Assembly: GCA_017881905.1 (NCBI GenBank)
Contig: JADGQI010000172.1
Location: 6,841-70,840, forward strand
From: Chloroflexota bacterium
GTDB lineage: Bacteria; Chloroflexota; Limnocylindria; Limnocylindrales; CSP1-4
Direction of reading: 5' to 3'
DNA length: 64,000 nucleotides
Position 1 is the stretch's first letter. Each line of letters opens with the position of its first letter. The notes below the pieces were generated by a model that saw only the letters and a list, made by a program, of their open reading frames with translations, was not told the DNA's origin and ran no database searches. Of the stretch, positions 1 to 10,593 are shown piece after piece. The position numbers and the translations under genes were made by a program.

Positions 1-160
1 CGAGGTTGATCCCCAGGCCGACCGTGAGATTGGCCTGCGGATCCATGTCGATGCACAGGACGCGGAACCCCTGCTCAGCCAGCGCTCCCGCCAGGTTGAT
101 GGCGGTCGTCGTCTTGCCTACGCCGCCCTTCTGGTTGGCGATCGCGATCACGTTCGTCAC
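1..160 (-). CDS. ParA/Soj-family P-loop ATPase, N-terminal fragment (runs off the window start)
   Basis: The reverse complement of 1-160 translates to (V)[51 protein letters not shown], which is the deviant Walker A motif KGGVGKTT of ParA/MinD. A GTG start sits at 160-158. This is not in the ORF track because the fragment is shorter than 60 aa. Confidence 0.7.
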   Translation of the reverse strand, partial: MTNVIAIANQKGGVGKTTTAINLAGALAEQGFRVLCIDMDPQANLTVGLGINL

Positions 161-387
161 CGGGGCATCACCTCGATACTGGAGTCCATTCGATCGACGC
201 GCTGGACGTACGGCGTCGGTGCGGGCGCACATCCTACTCCACTCTGTCGTGCGCAACCACCTGACTTATCCACACCGGCGACGAGTTGTTCACCGAATCT
301 GTGGACATCGGGAGGTCCCTGAGACGGGCCGCATGCCCGTGTCCGGTGGGCCGAAGGGCCCTTCCTCGGTCGGAGGGCGCCGGTATC

Positions 388-2019
388 ATGGACGCGGAGC
401 CCCGCCCTGGGCTCTTGTCCGTGCGCAAAGACAGGCTCGCCCGACAGCGACGCGAAGGAGCACCAGTGGCGACGAACGAGGAGCGACTCGGCCGGCTGAC
501 CAGGATGCGCGAGGAGTCGCTCCTCGGCGGCGGACCGGTCCGGATCGAGCGCCAACACGCCTGGGGCAAGCTGACCGCGCGCGAGCGGCTCGATCTTCTC
601 CTCGATCCCGGGACGTTCATCGAGCTCGATGCGTTCGTCACGCATCGGTCGAAGGAGTTCGGCCTCGACAAGCAGCACTTCCTCGGCGACGGCGTCGTGA
701 CCGGGCACGGACTGGTCGATGGCCGTCTCGTGTTCGTGTTCTCGCAGGACTTCACCGTCTTCGGTGGATCGTTGTCCGAGGCATACGCCGAGAAGATCTG
801 CAAGGTCATGGATCTCGCGATGAAGGTCGGTGCGCCCCTCATCGGGTTGAACGACTCTGGCGGTGCGCGGATCCAGGAAGGCGTCGTATCGCTCGGCGGC
901 TACGCGGACATCTTCCTTCGAAACGTCCTGGCGTCGGGCGTCATCCCACAGATCTCGGTGATCATGGGTCCGTGTGCCGGGGGAGCGGTGTACTCACCGG
1001 CGATGACCGACTTCACTCTCATGGTCGAAGGCACGAGCTACATGTTCGTCACCGGACCGAATGTCGTGAAGGCCGTCACCCATGAAGATGTCGATTCGGA
1101 ACGATTGGGTGGCGCGATCACTCACACGACGCGAAGTGGCGTCGCGCACCTGGCGGCGAAGGACGAAGCGGAGTCGCTCGACCTGACGCGCCGGATCCTC
1201 GGATTCCTGCCGCAGAACAACCTGGCCTCCCCACCGATCGTCCCGACGCGAGATCCGAGCGATCGGCGCGACATCGAGCTCGACACGATCGTCCCCGACG
1301 ATCCGCAGAAGCCGTACGACATGCACGGCGTCATCATTCGGATCTTCGACGATGGCCGGTTCCTCGAGATCCAGCCGGACTGGGCGGCGAACATCATCAT
1401 CGGATTCGGGCGACTCGCCGGACGCAGCGTCGGCATCGTGGCGCAGCAGCCGGCCGTCCTTGCCGGCGCGCTCGACATCAACTCGTCGATCAAGGCCGCC
1501 CGGTTCGTCCGGACCTGCGACGCGTTCAACGTCCCGCTTGTCACCTTCGTCGACGTGCCGGGGTTCCTGCCGGGCGTCGGCCAGGAAGACGCCGGCATCA
1601 TCAAGCATGGCGCGAAGCTGCTCTACGCCTACTGCGAGGCGACCGTCCCGAAGATGACGGTCATCACACGCAAGGCGTACGGCGGCGCCTATGACGTCAT
1701 GAGCAGCAAGCATGTTCGTGGTGACATGAACTTCGCGTGGCCGACGGCTGAGATCGCCGTCATGGGCGCCGAGGGCGCGGTCAACATCATCTTCAAGGAT
1801 CAGATCGCCGCTGCCGACGACGTGGTCGCGGAACGGGCGCGATTGATCGCCGAATACGAAGCGGAGTTCAACAATCCGTATGTCGCCGCGGCTCGCGGCT
1901 ACATCGACGACATCATCCATCCGTCGGACACGCGGCCTCGGTTGATCGCGGCGCTCGAGATGCTCGCCGACAAGCGTGACGAGAATCCACGGAAGAAGCA
2001 TGGCAACATCCCGCTCTGA
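388..2019 (+). CDS. pccB: propionyl-CoA / acyl-CoA carboxylase carboxyltransferase (beta) subunit
   Basis: ORF 286..2019. The N-terminus [24 protein letters not shown] and the whole length match PccB/AccD5-type carboxyltransferases. Start moved to the internal ATG at 388 (aa index 34), which has a GGAGGG motif upstream. Confidence 0.9.
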   Translation: MDAEPRPGLLSVRKDRLARQRREGAPVATNEERLGRLTRMREESLLGGGPVRIERQHAWGKLTARERLDLLLDPGTFIELDAFVTHRSKEFGLDKQHFLGDGVVTGHGLVDGRLVFVFSQDFTVFGGSLSEAYAEKICKVMDLAMKVGAPLIGLNDSGGARIQEGVVSLGGYADIFLRNVLASGVIPQISVIMGPCAGGAVYSPAMTDFTLMVEGTSYMFVTGPNVVKAVTHEDVDSERLGGAITHTTRSGVAHLAAKDEAESLDLTRRILGFLPQNNLASPPIVPTRDPSDRRDIELDTIVPDDPQKPYDMHGVIIRIFDDGRFLEIQPDWAANIIIGFGRLAGRSVGIVAQQPAVLAGALDINSSIKAARFVRTCDAFNVPLVTFVDVPGFLPGVGQEDAGIIKHGAKLLYAYCEATVPKMTVITRKAYGGAYDVMSSKHVRGDMNFAWPTAEIAVMGAEGAVNIIFKDQIAAADDVVAERARLIAEYEAEFNNPYVAAARGYIDDIIHPSDTRPRLIAALEMLADKRDENPRKKHGNIPL

Positions 2020-2029
2020 GGCGACGTCG

Positions 2030-3640
2030 ATGGACAACGTCTTTACGCAAAGACGGCCGTTCGAACGCGTGCTCATCGCGAACCGCGGGGAGATCGCCCT
2101 CCGGATCATCCGCGCCTGTCACGAGATGGGGATGGAGGCGATCGCGGTCTACAGCGATGCGGACGTCCATGCCCAGCACGTCCGAGCCGCCGACCGCGCG
2201 ATCCGGATCGGTCCGGCACCGGCCACCGAGAGCTACCTCCTGGCCGATGTCGTCGTCGAGGCGGCGTTGGCCGCGGGGGCCCAGGCGGTCCATCCCGGGT
2301 ATGGCTTCCTCGCCGAGCGCGCGTCGTTCGCGGCGGCCGTCCAGGATGCGGGGATGGCCTTCGTCGGACCCGACCATCGTGCGATCGCCGCGCTCGGAGA
2401 CAAGCTCGCCGCCCGGCGGACGGCGTCCGCGGCGGGCGTGCCCGTCGTCCCCGGGACGCTGGAACCCGCGCCGGTCGATCGACCGGACGAGATCGCAGAG
2501 ATCGTCGCCGCCGCGGACGCGGTCGGCTATCCGCTCCTGGTCAAGGCGGCGGCCGGCGGCGGTGGTCGAGGGATGCGCCGGGTGACGAACTCCGACGAGC
2601 TCCCGGCAGCTCTCGTCTCGGGTTCGCGAGAGGCGGCCTCGGCGTTCGGGGACGGCTCCGTCTACCTGGAACGGGAGATCCTGCCCGCCCGCCACATCGA
2701 AGTCCAGCTGCTCGGCGACCTCGACGGGCGCGTCGTGGCCCTCGGGGAGCGGGATTGCTCGCTCCAGCGCCGACATCAGAAGCTCATCGAAGAGGCGCCC
2801 GCCCCGGGCTTGACGGAGGTCCAGCGTCGTGAGCTGCACGCGATGGCGGTCCGGGTCGCGTCGTCGGCCGGACTCCGGAACGCGGCGACTTGTGAGTTCC
2901 TGTACGACCGGGACGGTCGGTTCTGGTTCCTCGAGGTGAACACCCGGCTCCAGGTCGAGCACGGCGTCACCGAGCTCGTGTGTGGGCTCGACATCGTCCG
3001 GGAGCAGTTCTGGCTGGCGGCCGGGGCGCCACTCTCGGCGGCCGCGCTCGCCGCCGCCGAGCGCGCGGCGACACCCGACAGCCATGCGATCGAGGTTCGG
3101 CTGTCGGCCGAGGATCCCGCTCGACAGTTCGCCCCGGCACCCGGCCGGGTCGGGCGCTGGACGATGCCGTCGGGACCCGGCGTGCGCGTGGACACCGCCC
3201 TCGAGGCGGGGGAGCGGATCCCGCCCGACTACGACCCGATGATCGCCAAGCTGATGGTCCACGCGGCCGACCGACCGTCGGCGATCGCCCGGCTCCGGCG
3301 CGCGCTCGACGAGACGGAGATCGGCGGGGTCCAGACGACGCTCCCGTTCGACCGGTTCGTCGTGCGCGAGCCGTCGTTCCTGGCCGCCGACCTGTCGACC
3401 GGGTGGGTCCCCGAGCACTGGGACGGGCCGGCGCAGCGGGCCGAGGCGGTGCGTCGCGGGCTGCTGGCCGTCGGCCTCGCAGCCGTCCTGGATCTCGATG
3501 AGGGGACCGGGGGGTGGTCCGACCCCGGGGCCTCGACGACGGGTGCCGCCGGCCAGAGGGACGGGCCCGCGGCGGATCCAGCCCCGAGTCGATGGCGCAC
3601 CGCGGGCCTGGCTGCCGCCTCCGATCGGTGGCCCGGATGA
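2030..3640 (+). CDS. accC: biotin carboxylase subunit of acyl-CoA carboxylase, carrying a ~85-aa low-complexity C-terminal tail
   Basis: ORF 1976..3640. FERVLIANRGEIALRIIRAC and the ATP-grasp motifs are present. Start set at ATG 2030, 10 nt after the pccB stop. The C-terminal tail keeps high GC3, so it looks translated. Confidence 0.9.
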   Translation: MDNVFTQRRPFERVLIANRGEIALRIIRACHEMGMEAIAVYSDADVHAQHVRAADRAIRIGPAPATESYLLADVVVEAALAAGAQAVHPGYGFLAERASFAAAVQDAGMAFVGPDHRAIAALGDKLAARRTASAAGVPVVPGTLEPAPVDRPDEIAEIVAAADAVGYPLLVKAAAGGGGRGMRRVTNSDELPAALVSGSREAASAFGDGSVYLEREILPARHIEVQLLGDLDGRVVALGERDCSLQRRHQKLIEEAPAPGLTEVQRRELHAMAVRVASSAGLRNAATCEFLYDRDGRFWFLEVNTRLQVEHGVTELVCGLDIVREQFWLAAGAPLSAAALAAAERAATPDSHAIEVRLSAEDPARQFAPAPGRVGRWTMPSGPGVRVDTALEAGERIPPDYDPMIAKLMVHAADRPSAIARLRRALDETEIGGVQTTLPFDRFVVREPSFLAADLSTGWVPEHWDGPAQRAEAVRRGLLAVGLAAVLDLDEGTGGWSDPGASTTGAAGQRDGPAADPAPSRWRTAGLAAASDRWPG

Positions 3641-4518
3641 GCGCCGAACGACCTGACGGCGCCGCCCCCGGCACCGACGGCGGACCGCTCTCCAGCGCGG
3701 CGGTCTCGATGGTCGACCCGCGCGCCGTCCGGGTCGCGCTCGCGCCCACATCGAGGGGCGAGGACGATCCGACGATCACCATCTCCCCGATCCCGGCCGA
3801 CGTCCTCCGTCCCGTGGAGCGTCTGGCCGGTCGAGCCATCCTCGGGGGTGTCCCGACACCGATCAGCCCGCCGCGGGGCACGGGTTCCGGCAACGGCCGG
3901 TCGGCCGTCATGGGTGGCGGAGCCATCGGGACTGGGCCGTCGGTTACCGCTCCGGAGTCGGCCGACCGCGACGGGTCGGACGGCGCCGACCGGACGTCGG
4001 ATCGGGCGGCCGACCGGGCGGCGACGGTCGAGCTCCTGATCGACGGCCGGCCCCTCGATGCGCGACTCGTCCCGTTCGACGCGGAGCACGCCCGGCTCGT
4101 CGAGGGGACCGAGGGACCCGAGGGCGCCGAGGGCATCATCAGCCGGGTCATCCTCGGAGCAGGGCGTCGACGGGACGCGGATGGCGCGGTCGTCCGCGAG
4201 GTCGTCGTCGACGGCTGGCGGTTCGACGTCGAGGTCGAGTCGGAGCGACGGGCGAGCCTCCGGGAACGTGCTCGCCGCGGCCATGAGGCGGCGGGGAAGA
4301 GCGGTCCGGTCGAGATCCACGCGATCATCCCGGGCCGGATCGTCGCCCTGTCGGTCGGGCCCGGCGATCCGGTCACTGCCGGGCAGCAGCTCCTCGTGCT
4401 CGAAGCGATGAAGATGCAGAACGAGCTGCGAGCGCCGCGCGAAGGGTCGATCGAGCGCATCGCCGTCGCCGTGGGCGAGAATGTGGAGGTCGGCGACCTG
4501 CTCTTGGTGATCACGTGA
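3637..4518 (+). CDS. accB: biotin carboxyl carrier protein (biotinyl domain EAMKM) with a long N-terminal linker/BT-like region
   Basis: ORF 3514..4518. The C-terminus reads [46 protein letters not shown] 3637 overlaps the accC stop (ATGA), at aa index 41 of the track ORF. Confidence 0.8.
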   Translation: MSAERPDGAAPGTDGGPLSSAAVSMVDPRAVRVALAPTSRGEDDPTITISPIPADVLRPVERLAGRAILGGVPTPISPPRGTGSGNGRSAVMGGGAIGTGPSVTAPESADRDGSDGADRTSDRAADRAATVELLIDGRPLDARLVPFDAEHARLVEGTEGPEGAEGIISRVILGAGRRRDADGAVVREVVVDGWRFDVEVESERRASLRERARRGHEAAGKSGPVEIHAIIPGRIVALSVGPGDPVTAGQQLLVLEAMKMQNELRAPREGSIERIAVAVGENVEVGDLLLVIT

Positions 4519-6251
4519 CGGACGACCATCCCTCGTCGAAGCCGAAGTCCCGCCGGACCGCGGGGGACGACGCCGCGACGGGAGACGCCTCGCGCTCCCC
4601 GGATCCGGCGCGCGAGACGTGGCGGACCGGCGCCCGGGCGAAGGCGCTCAGAGCGGCACCCGAGCGGCGCGAACGGTTCGAGACCAGCTCCGGGATCGAG
4701 ATCGCCGACGTCTATACCGCCGGCGACCTGGACGGCTTCGACCCCGCCACCCAGCTCGGCCTGCCGGGCGAGTTCCCGTTCACGCGCGGCGTCCAGCCGA
4801 CCATGTATCGCAGCCGGTTCTGGACGATGCGGCAGTACGCCGGGTTCGCCACCGCCGCCGAGACGAACGAGCGATTCCGTTACCTGCTGAGCGAGGGTCA
4901 GACCGGCCTGTCGGTGGCCTTCGACCTGCCGACCCAGATGGGCTACGACTCGGATGCGCCACAGGCGGAAGGCGAGGTCGGGCGCGTGGGGGTGCCGATC
5001 AGCAGCCTCGTCGACATGGAGACCCTGTTCCGGGACATCCCGCTGGGGACGGTCAGCACGTCGATGACGATCAACTCGACGGCAGCCATCCTGCTCGCGC
5101 TGTACCTGGTCGCTGCCGAACGCCAGGGGGTCGATCGCGCGACCGTCAGCGGGACCACCCAGAACGACATCCTCAAGGAGTACATCGCCCGCGGGACGTA
5201 CATCTACCCGCCACGGCCGTCCATGCGGCTGGTCACCGACGTGTTCGAGTTCTGCGCCGCCGAGCTGCCGCGCTGGAACACGATCTCCATCAGCGGATAT
5301 CACATGCGCGAGGCCGGTGCCACGGCGGTCCAGGAGCTCGCCTACACGCTGGCCGACGCGATCGCGTACTGCGACGCCGCGGTCGCGCGGGGACTCGACA
5401 TCGACGACTTCGCCGGGCGCCTCAGCTTCTTCTTCGCGGCCTGGAGCGAGCTCTTCGAGGAGGTCGCCAAGTTCCGGGCGGCGCGTCGGATGTGGGCGAA
5501 GATCGTCCGTGATCGGTACGGCTCCCGGAACGGACGCTCGCAGATGTGTCGCTTCCACGTCCAGACGGCAGGCTCGAGCCTGACCGCCCGCTCGATTGAC
5601 AACAACGTGGTCCGGACGACGGTCCAGGCCCTGGCAGCCGTCCTGGGCGGGGCCCAAAGCCTCCACACGAACTCGCGCGATGAGGCGCTCGCCCTGCCAA
5701 CCGCGGAGGCGGCCCGGCTGGCCCTGCGCACCCAGCAGATCCTCGCCCATGAGTCCGGCGTGACCGAGACGCCCGACCCACTGGCGGGCTCCTATTACGT
5801 GGAGACGCTGACCGATGAGCTCGAGCGGGCCGCCTGGGGCGAGCTCGAGGAGATCGACGCGCTTGGCGGCACGATCGCGGCCATCGACCACGGATATCAG
5901 CAGCTCAGGATCCAGGAGTCCGCCTACCTCGTCCAGCGGCGGATCGAGTCCGGGGACCAGGTGGTCGTCGGGGTCAACCGCTTCCAGGACGAGCTGGGGG
6001 TCACGCCGCCGATCCAGCGGATCGACCCGGAGGGGGAGCGCCGTCAGATCGAGGGTCTCCGTCGCGTCCGGGCGGAGCGGGATCCGGAGGCCTGGGCGGC
6101 GGCCCTCGATCGGCTCGCGGCAGCCGCCTCCGCGAACGACAACGTGATGCCCGCCCTGATCGACAGCGTTCGTGCCTACGCGACGGTGGGGGAGATCAGC
6201 GACCGGCTCCGCGCGGCGTGGGGTGAGCACCGCGAGCTCGTCACGGTCTGA
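4515..6251 (+). CDS. methylmalonyl-CoA mutase, catalytic (N-terminal) subunit; no B12-binding domain
   Basis: ORF 4515..6251, 578 aa. [39 protein letters not shown] matches the MCM TIM-barrel domain. The protein ends before the cobalamin-binding domain. The GTG start overlaps the BCCP stop (GTGA). Confidence 0.9.
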   Translation: MTDDHPSSKPKSRRTAGDDAATGDASRSPDPARETWRTGARAKALRAAPERRERFETSSGIEIADVYTAGDLDGFDPATQLGLPGEFPFTRGVQPTMYRSRFWTMRQYAGFATAAETNERFRYLLSEGQTGLSVAFDLPTQMGYDSDAPQAEGEVGRVGVPISSLVDMETLFRDIPLGTVSTSMTINSTAAILLALYLVAAERQGVDRATVSGTTQNDILKEYIARGTYIYPPRPSMRLVTDVFEFCAAELPRWNTISISGYHMREAGATAVQELAYTLADAIAYCDAAVARGLDIDDFAGRLSFFFAAWSELFEEVAKFRAARRMWAKIVRDRYGSRNGRSQMCRFHVQTAGSSLTARSIDNNVVRTTVQALAAVLGGAQSLHTNSRDEALALPTAEAARLALRTQQILAHESGVTETPDPLAGSYYVETLTDELERAAWGELEEIDALGGTIAAIDHGYQQLRIQESAYLVQRRIESGDQVVVGVNRFQDELGVTPPIQRIDPEGERRQIEGLRRVRAERDPEAWAAALDRLAAAASANDNVMPALIDSVRAYATVGEISDRLRAAWGEHRELVTV

Positions 6252-6361
6252 CCCGACCGACCGGGCCGTCTCCGGGCCACAGGGCACTTCCGCCCCCCGT
6301 CCGGACCCGCTACGCTCAGCCCGATGACCACGAACGACCCACCTTCCATCCCGACCGACCC

Positions 6362-6826
6362 GTGACGGGCACGTCCGCCGTCCCCGAGCATGTGCGCGGC
6401 CTCGGCCGGGTCCATCACGTCGCGGTGGTCGTCCGCGACCTCGATGCGTCGCTCGGCTTCTACCGGGACACCTTGGGCCTCGAGGTGGACACGGTCATGC
6501 CGATCCCGTCGGACCGGGTGACGATCGCCTTCCTGCCGATCGGCGAGTCGAAGGTCGAGCTCGTCTCCCCGACCGACGATACGACGGGCGTCGCGCGCTT
6601 CCTCGAATCCAAGGGCGAGGGCTTCCACCATGTCTGCTTCGAGGTCCACGATCTGGCCGAGACGCTCACCCGGCTGGCGATCGACGGCGTCGAGCTGATC
6701 GATACCCAGCCGCGCAAGGGCGCCGAGGGTCCGGTCGCCTTCCTCCATCCGCGCTCGTGCCACGGCGTGCTGGTCGAGCTGATCGAGGCACCCGGTGGGC
6801 CGGCCTGGGATGCGCTCGGCTACTGA
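6362..6826 (+). CDS. methylmalonyl-CoA epimerase (VOC/glyoxalase family)
   Basis: ORF 6362..6826. HHVAVVVRDLDASLGFYRDTLGLE, FLHP and the genomic context next to MCM support the call. An alternative GTG start lies ~30 nt downstream. Confidence 0.8.
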   Translation: MTGTSAVPEHVRGLGRVHHVAVVVRDLDASLGFYRDTLGLEVDTVMPIPSDRVTIAFLPIGESKVELVSPTDDTTGVARFLESKGEGFHHVCFEVHDLAETLTRLAIDGVELIDTQPRKGAEGPVAFLHPRSCHGVLVELIEAPGGPAWDALGY

Positions 6827-7164
6827 CCGTCCCCGCTGGGCTCCGCGTGCTCATGACGATCGGCGATGTTCCGCGCCAATCCCATCGGGCGGTGCTTGGC
6901 GAGGCCGGTGATGAACGCGGCGAGGATGCCGACGCCGACGATGATGTACCCGATGGTGAACGCTCGGCCGAGCGGTGTGGTCGGATGGAGGTCGCCGTAT
7001 CCGACGGTCGCCAGCGTCACCACGCAGAAGTAGACCGCGTCGAGCAACGACCAGCCCTCGATCTCCATGTAGGCGACGCTCCCGATCGAGATCGTGAGCA
7101 GCGCGGCGACGGCGATGACTTTGGTTTCGGGATCGCGCAGCATGGCGCGGAACGCATGGAACAT
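6820..7164 (-). CDS. minimal two-TM potassium channel (KcsA-like pore-only, 114 aa)
   Basis: ORF 6820..7164. Two predicted TM helices flank a pore helix and the K+ selectivity filter TVGYGD. The ATG start is at 7164. The 3' end overlaps the epimerase 3' end by 7 nt in convergent orientation. Confidence 0.75.
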   Translation of the reverse strand: MFHAFRAMLRDPETKVIAVAALLTISIGSVAYMEIEGWSLLDAVYFCVVTLATVGYGDLHPTTPLGRAFTIGYIIVGVGILAAFITGLAKHRPMGLARNIADRHEHAEPSGDGQ

Positions 7165-7257
7165 GAGCGCGATCTCCTGGCGGGGTGACGATCGCGCGGA
7201 GTGTAGTCCGGCTCGTGGACCCGGCGGGCCGAGCGAGCCGCCGCGGGCGACCGGCGA

Positions 7258-8034
7258 TCAGGGGCTCGCGTGCGCGCTGAACCGGCCGTCGGTCCGACCG
7301 ACCGTCAGTCCGAGCCCGAAGGCCGTCGACAGGATCGGGCCGGTCAGGGTCCGCTCGATCGGCCCGGCCGCCACCGTCCGACCCCCGGCGATCACCAGCG
7401 CGTGGGTCGTGCCGACGGGGATCTCCTCGAGGTGGTGCGTGACCAGCGCGACGGCGCCCACCGACGGATCGGCGGCCAACCCGCCGAGCCGGACCACGAG
7501 GGCCTCGCGAGCGGCAAGATCGAGCCCGGCCGCGGGCTCGTCGAGCAGGAGCAGCTCCGGATCGCGCATCAGGGTCCGCGCGATGAGGACCCGCTGCCGC
7601 TCGCCGGACGACAGCGACCCGTACGTCCGCCGCTCGAAGCCCTCGAGCCCGAGCCGCGCGAGCGACCGTTCGGCGCGCGTCCGGTCGGCCGCGCTGTAGG
7701 CGGCCCACCACGGCGCGAGGGCGGCGTGTCGGGCGCTCATCACGACGTCGCGCGCGACCAGGCTCGGGGCGATCCCGTCGACGAGGGCGGCGCTGACGAA
7801 GCCGATCCGCTCACGGAGCGACCGGACATCGACCCTGCCGATCGCCTCGCCGAGGACCGCCACCCGGCCCCGACTCGGCCACAGGTCCGTCGCGGCGACC
7901 CGGAGCAGCGTGGTCTTGCCCGAACCGTTCGGCCCGACGATCGCCCAGCGCTCGCCGGGCTGGACGGACCAGTCGATCCCATCGAGGATCCAGCGACCCT
8001 CACGCCGCACGCTGACGCCGGTGAGCTCGAGCAC
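7258..8034 (-). CDS. ABC transporter ATP-binding protein, orphan (no adjacent permease)
   Basis: C-terminal 258 aa of ORF 7258..8667. Walker A GPNGSGKTT, signature LSSGERQR and Walker B LLLLDEP are present. GTG start at 8034, 18 nt after the upstream gene's stop. The long N-terminal ORF extension is Arg/Pro-rich junk. Confidence 0.8.
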   Translation of the reverse strand: MLELTGVSVRREGRWILDGIDWSVQPGERWAIVGPNGSGKTTLLRVAATDLWPSRGRVAVLGEAIGRVDVRSLRERIGFVSAALVDGIAPSLVARDVVMSARHAALAPWWAAYSAADRTRAERSLARLGLEGFERRTYGSLSSGERQRVLIARTLMRDPELLLLDEPAAGLDLAAREALVVRLGGLAADPSVGAVALVTHHLEEIPVGTTHALVIAGGRTVAAGPIERTLTGPILSTAFGLGLTVGRTDGRFSAHASP

Positions 8035-8051
8035 CGGCGCCACCCGACGAC

Positions 8052-8522
8052 TCAGATGGACCAGGCGAACAGCACGTCGGGGGCGCGCTGCGCGTCGCGG
8101 CAGAACAGCACGATCTCGCCGGCGAGCTGCCGGATCCACGGCTTCTCCTCGCGGGGGAGCTCGCCGTACTCCTCGTCGAGGAGGTCGAGCCAGCGACCGG
8201 CTACCGCAGGCAGGTCCCGGTCCGGCAGCCGGGCGATCGTCTCGATCCACTGCGGATCGACCCGTTCGATCGTGCGGTGGTCGATGTCGCCGGGACCATC
8301 GAGCTCGCGGCGGGCATCGATGAAGTCGGTCGGCTCGCCGCTGTCGTTGACCGAGCGGATGGCCTCGCTGAACAGGTCCAGCCAGGTCGGGTCGAGTCCG
8401 GCACCGAGGGACAGGTGGGCGGCGAACCGCCCCGGGTCGGCCAGGGCACCGACATCGTCGGCGGTCAGCACGACGAGGATCGCCGGGGCATCGCCAGCGA
8501 TCAGCTCCATCAGGCCGCTCAT
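8052..8522 (-). CDS. hypothetical acidic protein (~156 aa)
   Basis: ORF 8052..8750, with ATG at 8522 (MSGLMELIAGD...). It lies 9 nt downstream of sucD and 18 nt upstream of the ABC ATPase on the same strand. No family recognised. Confidence 0.5.
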   Translation of the reverse strand: MSGLMELIAGDAPAILVVLTADDVGALADPGRFAAHLSLGAGLDPTWLDLFSEAIRSVNDSGEPTDFIDARRELDGPGDIDHRTIERVDPQWIETIARLPDRDLPAVAGRWLDLLDEEYGELPREEKPWIRQLAGEIVLFCRDAQRAPDVLFAWSI

Positions 8523-8530
8523 GTCGGGTG

Positions 8531-9415
8531 CTAGCCGCGGAAGCCGGCGGTCCGGAGGATCGTCGGGAGCTCGGTCGGGGAGTCGGCGACCCGGATCCCT
8601 GCCGCCTCGAGCGCGGCGATCTTGTCGGCCGCCGTCCCGGATCCGCCGGAGATGATCGCCCCGGCATGGCCCATCCGCTTGCCCTCGGGCGCCGTCCGGC
8701 CGGCGATGAAGGCGGCCATCGGCACCCCGTTCAGGTGGTCCGCTGCCCATGCCGCGGCCTCCTCCTCGGCCGACCCTCCGATCTCGCCGATGAGCACGAT
8801 CGCCTCGGTCTCGTCGTCCTCGGCGAACAGCTTGAGGACGTCGAGGAACGTCGTCCCGATGATCGGATCGCCGCCGATCCCGACGCAGGTCGACTGACCG
8901 AGTCCGGCGTCGGTCATCGCCTGGACCGCCTCGTACGTCAGGGTCCCGGACCGGGACACGACCCCGACCCGACCCTCCCGATGGATGGAGCCGGGGATGA
9001 TCCCGACCTTGGCGCGGCCGGGGGACGTGGCCCCGGGGCAGTTGGGCCCGATCAGCCGGGCCCCGGCCTCACGAACGACCTCGACGACCTTGAGCATGTC
9101 GAGGGCCGGGACGCCTTCGGTGATGCAGAAGATCGTGCCGATCCCGGCGCCGACCGCCTCGAGGACGGCGTCGGGCGCACCGGCGGCCGGGACGTAGATG
9201 CAGGACGTGTTCGCGCCGGTCGCCGCGACCGCCTCGGCGACGGTGTCGAACACCGGGACCCGCCCGTCGACCGCCGTCTGGCCGCCCTTGTTCGGGGTCA
9301 CGCCGGCGACCACGGGGGTGCCGTACTCGACCATCTGGCGGGTGTGGAACTCGCCCTCGCGGCCGGTGATGCCCTGGACCACCAATCGTGTCTCGCGCCC
9401 GACGAGGATGCTCAT
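8531..9415 (-). CDS. sucD: succinyl-CoA synthetase alpha subunit
   Basis: ORF 8531..10135. The [24 protein letters not shown]... and [10 protein letters not shown] motifs are present. ATG at 9415 overlaps the sucC stop by 4 nt. Confidence 0.9.
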   Translation of the reverse strand: MSILVGRETRLVVQGITGREGEFHTRQMVEYGTPVVAGVTPNKGGQTAVDGRVPVFDTVAEAVAATGANTSCIYVPAAGAPDAVLEAVGAGIGTIFCITEGVPALDMLKVVEVVREAGARLIGPNCPGATSPGRAKVGIIPGSIHREGRVGVVSRSGTLTYEAVQAMTDAGLGQSTCVGIGGDPIIGTTFLDVLKLFAEDDETEAIVLIGEIGGSAEEEAAAWAADHLNGVPMAAFIAGRTAPEGKRMGHAGAIISGGSGTAADKIAALEAAGIRVADSPTELPTILRTAGFRG

Positions 9416-10593
9416 GACCCGACCGCCGCGGCGGCCGCGACCGCCTTGGCCGCCGCCTCGTCGAGGCTCGCCGCGGTCTCGAACCGCGCCTCGGTCAGCA
9501 GCCGCCCGGCTTCCTCGGCGTTGGTCCCGACGATCCGCACCACCATCGGGACGTCCCGCTCCTGGACCGCCCGTGCCTCGATCAGGCCCCGGGCCACTTC
9601 GTCGCCGCGGGTGATCCCGCCGAAGATGTTGACGAGGATCGCGCGGACCTTCGGGTCGGCCAGGATCAACCGCATCGCCGCGGCGACCTTGTCCGAGCGG
9701 GCACCCCCGCCGATGTCCAGGAAGTTGGCCGGCTCTCCGCCGGCCCGCTTGACGAGGTCCATCGTGGTCATCGCCAGCCCGGCGCCGTTGACCATGCAGC
9801 CGATCGAGCCGTCGAGGTGGATGAAGGCGATGCCCATCGCCCGCGCCTCGGCGTCGGCCGGGTCCTCCGAGTCGGGGTCGCGCAGCGCTTCGAGCTCGGG
9901 ATGGCGGGGGAGCGCCGAGTCGTCGAGGGTGATCTTCGCGTCGAGGCAGACGAGTCGCTCGGTCGTGGCTGCGCCCGTCCCGTCGGACTCGCGGACGATG
10001 GCGAGCGGGTTCACCTCGACCAGGTCCGCGTCGTAGGCCACCATCGTCGCGACCAGGCCGCGGGCGATCGACACGAAGTCGCGCAGGAACGGTCCACCCA
10101 GGCCGATCCCGAAGGCGAGCTGGCGCGCCTGCCAATCGAGCAGCCCGAGATGCGGGTGCGCGGCCACCCGGTGGATCGCCTCGGGCCGGACCCTGGCGAC
10201 CTCCTCGATCTCGACGCCGCCCTCGGCCGACGCCATCACCACGATCCGTCGCGACGCCCGGTCGAGGATCGCGCCGAGGTAATACTCGCGGGCGATGTCG
10301 GCCGCAGGCGCGACGAGCACCTTGCGGACCGGGATCCCCTTGATCGTGAGGGCGAGGATCGCCGCGGCGACCGCCTCCGCCTCGTCCGCCGAGCCGGCCA
10401 GCCGGACCCCACCGGCCTTGCCCCGACCGCCGACCAGCACCTGGGCCTTGACCACGACCTTGTCGTTGCCGTCGGCCAGGATCCGGGTCGCCGCCGCGCG
10501 GGCGTCGGCGGCGGTCCGGGCGACGTCCCAGGCGGGCACGGGCAGGCCCTGGGCGAGCAGCAGGGACTTCGCGTCGGCTTCCTGGATCTTCAC
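9412..10593 (-). CDS. sucC: succinyl-CoA synthetase beta subunit
   Basis: ORF 9412..10779. Start moved to the GTG at 10593 ([20 protein letters not shown], equivalent to MKIHEYQAK). ATP-grasp and CoA-ligase motifs are present. Confidence 0.9.
   Translation of the reverse strand: MKIQEADAKSLLLAQGLPVPAWDVARTAADARAAATRILADGNDKVVVKAQVLVGGRGKAGGVRLAGSADEAEAVAAAILALTIKGIPVRKVLVAPAADIAREYYLGAILDRASRRIVVMASAEGGVEIEEVARVRPEAIHRVAAHPHLGLLDWQARQLAFGIGLGGPFLRDFVSIARGLVATMVAYDADLVEVNPLAIVRESDGTGAATTERLVCLDAKITLDDSALPRHPELEALRDPDSEDPADAEARAMGIAFIHLDGSIGCMVNGAGLAMTTMDLVKRAGGEPANFLDIGGGARSDKVAAAMRLILADPKVRAILVNIFGGITRGDEVARGLIEARAVQERDVPMVVRIVGTNAEEAGRLLTEARFETAASLDEAAAKAVAAAAAVGS

Noticed and set aside
6-1085. 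359-aa plus-strand ORF, together with the minus-strand ORFs 157..708 and 234..842
   Set aside because: They overlap the ParA fragment and pccB in other frames, have biased Arg/Pro composition, and contain no recognisable domains.
2967-6287. 1106-aa minus-strand ORF spanning accC, BCCP and the mutase
   Set aside because: It is antisense to three well-supported genes and is Arg/Pro/Ala/Gly-rich. This is the typical open antisense frame of a high-GC genome.
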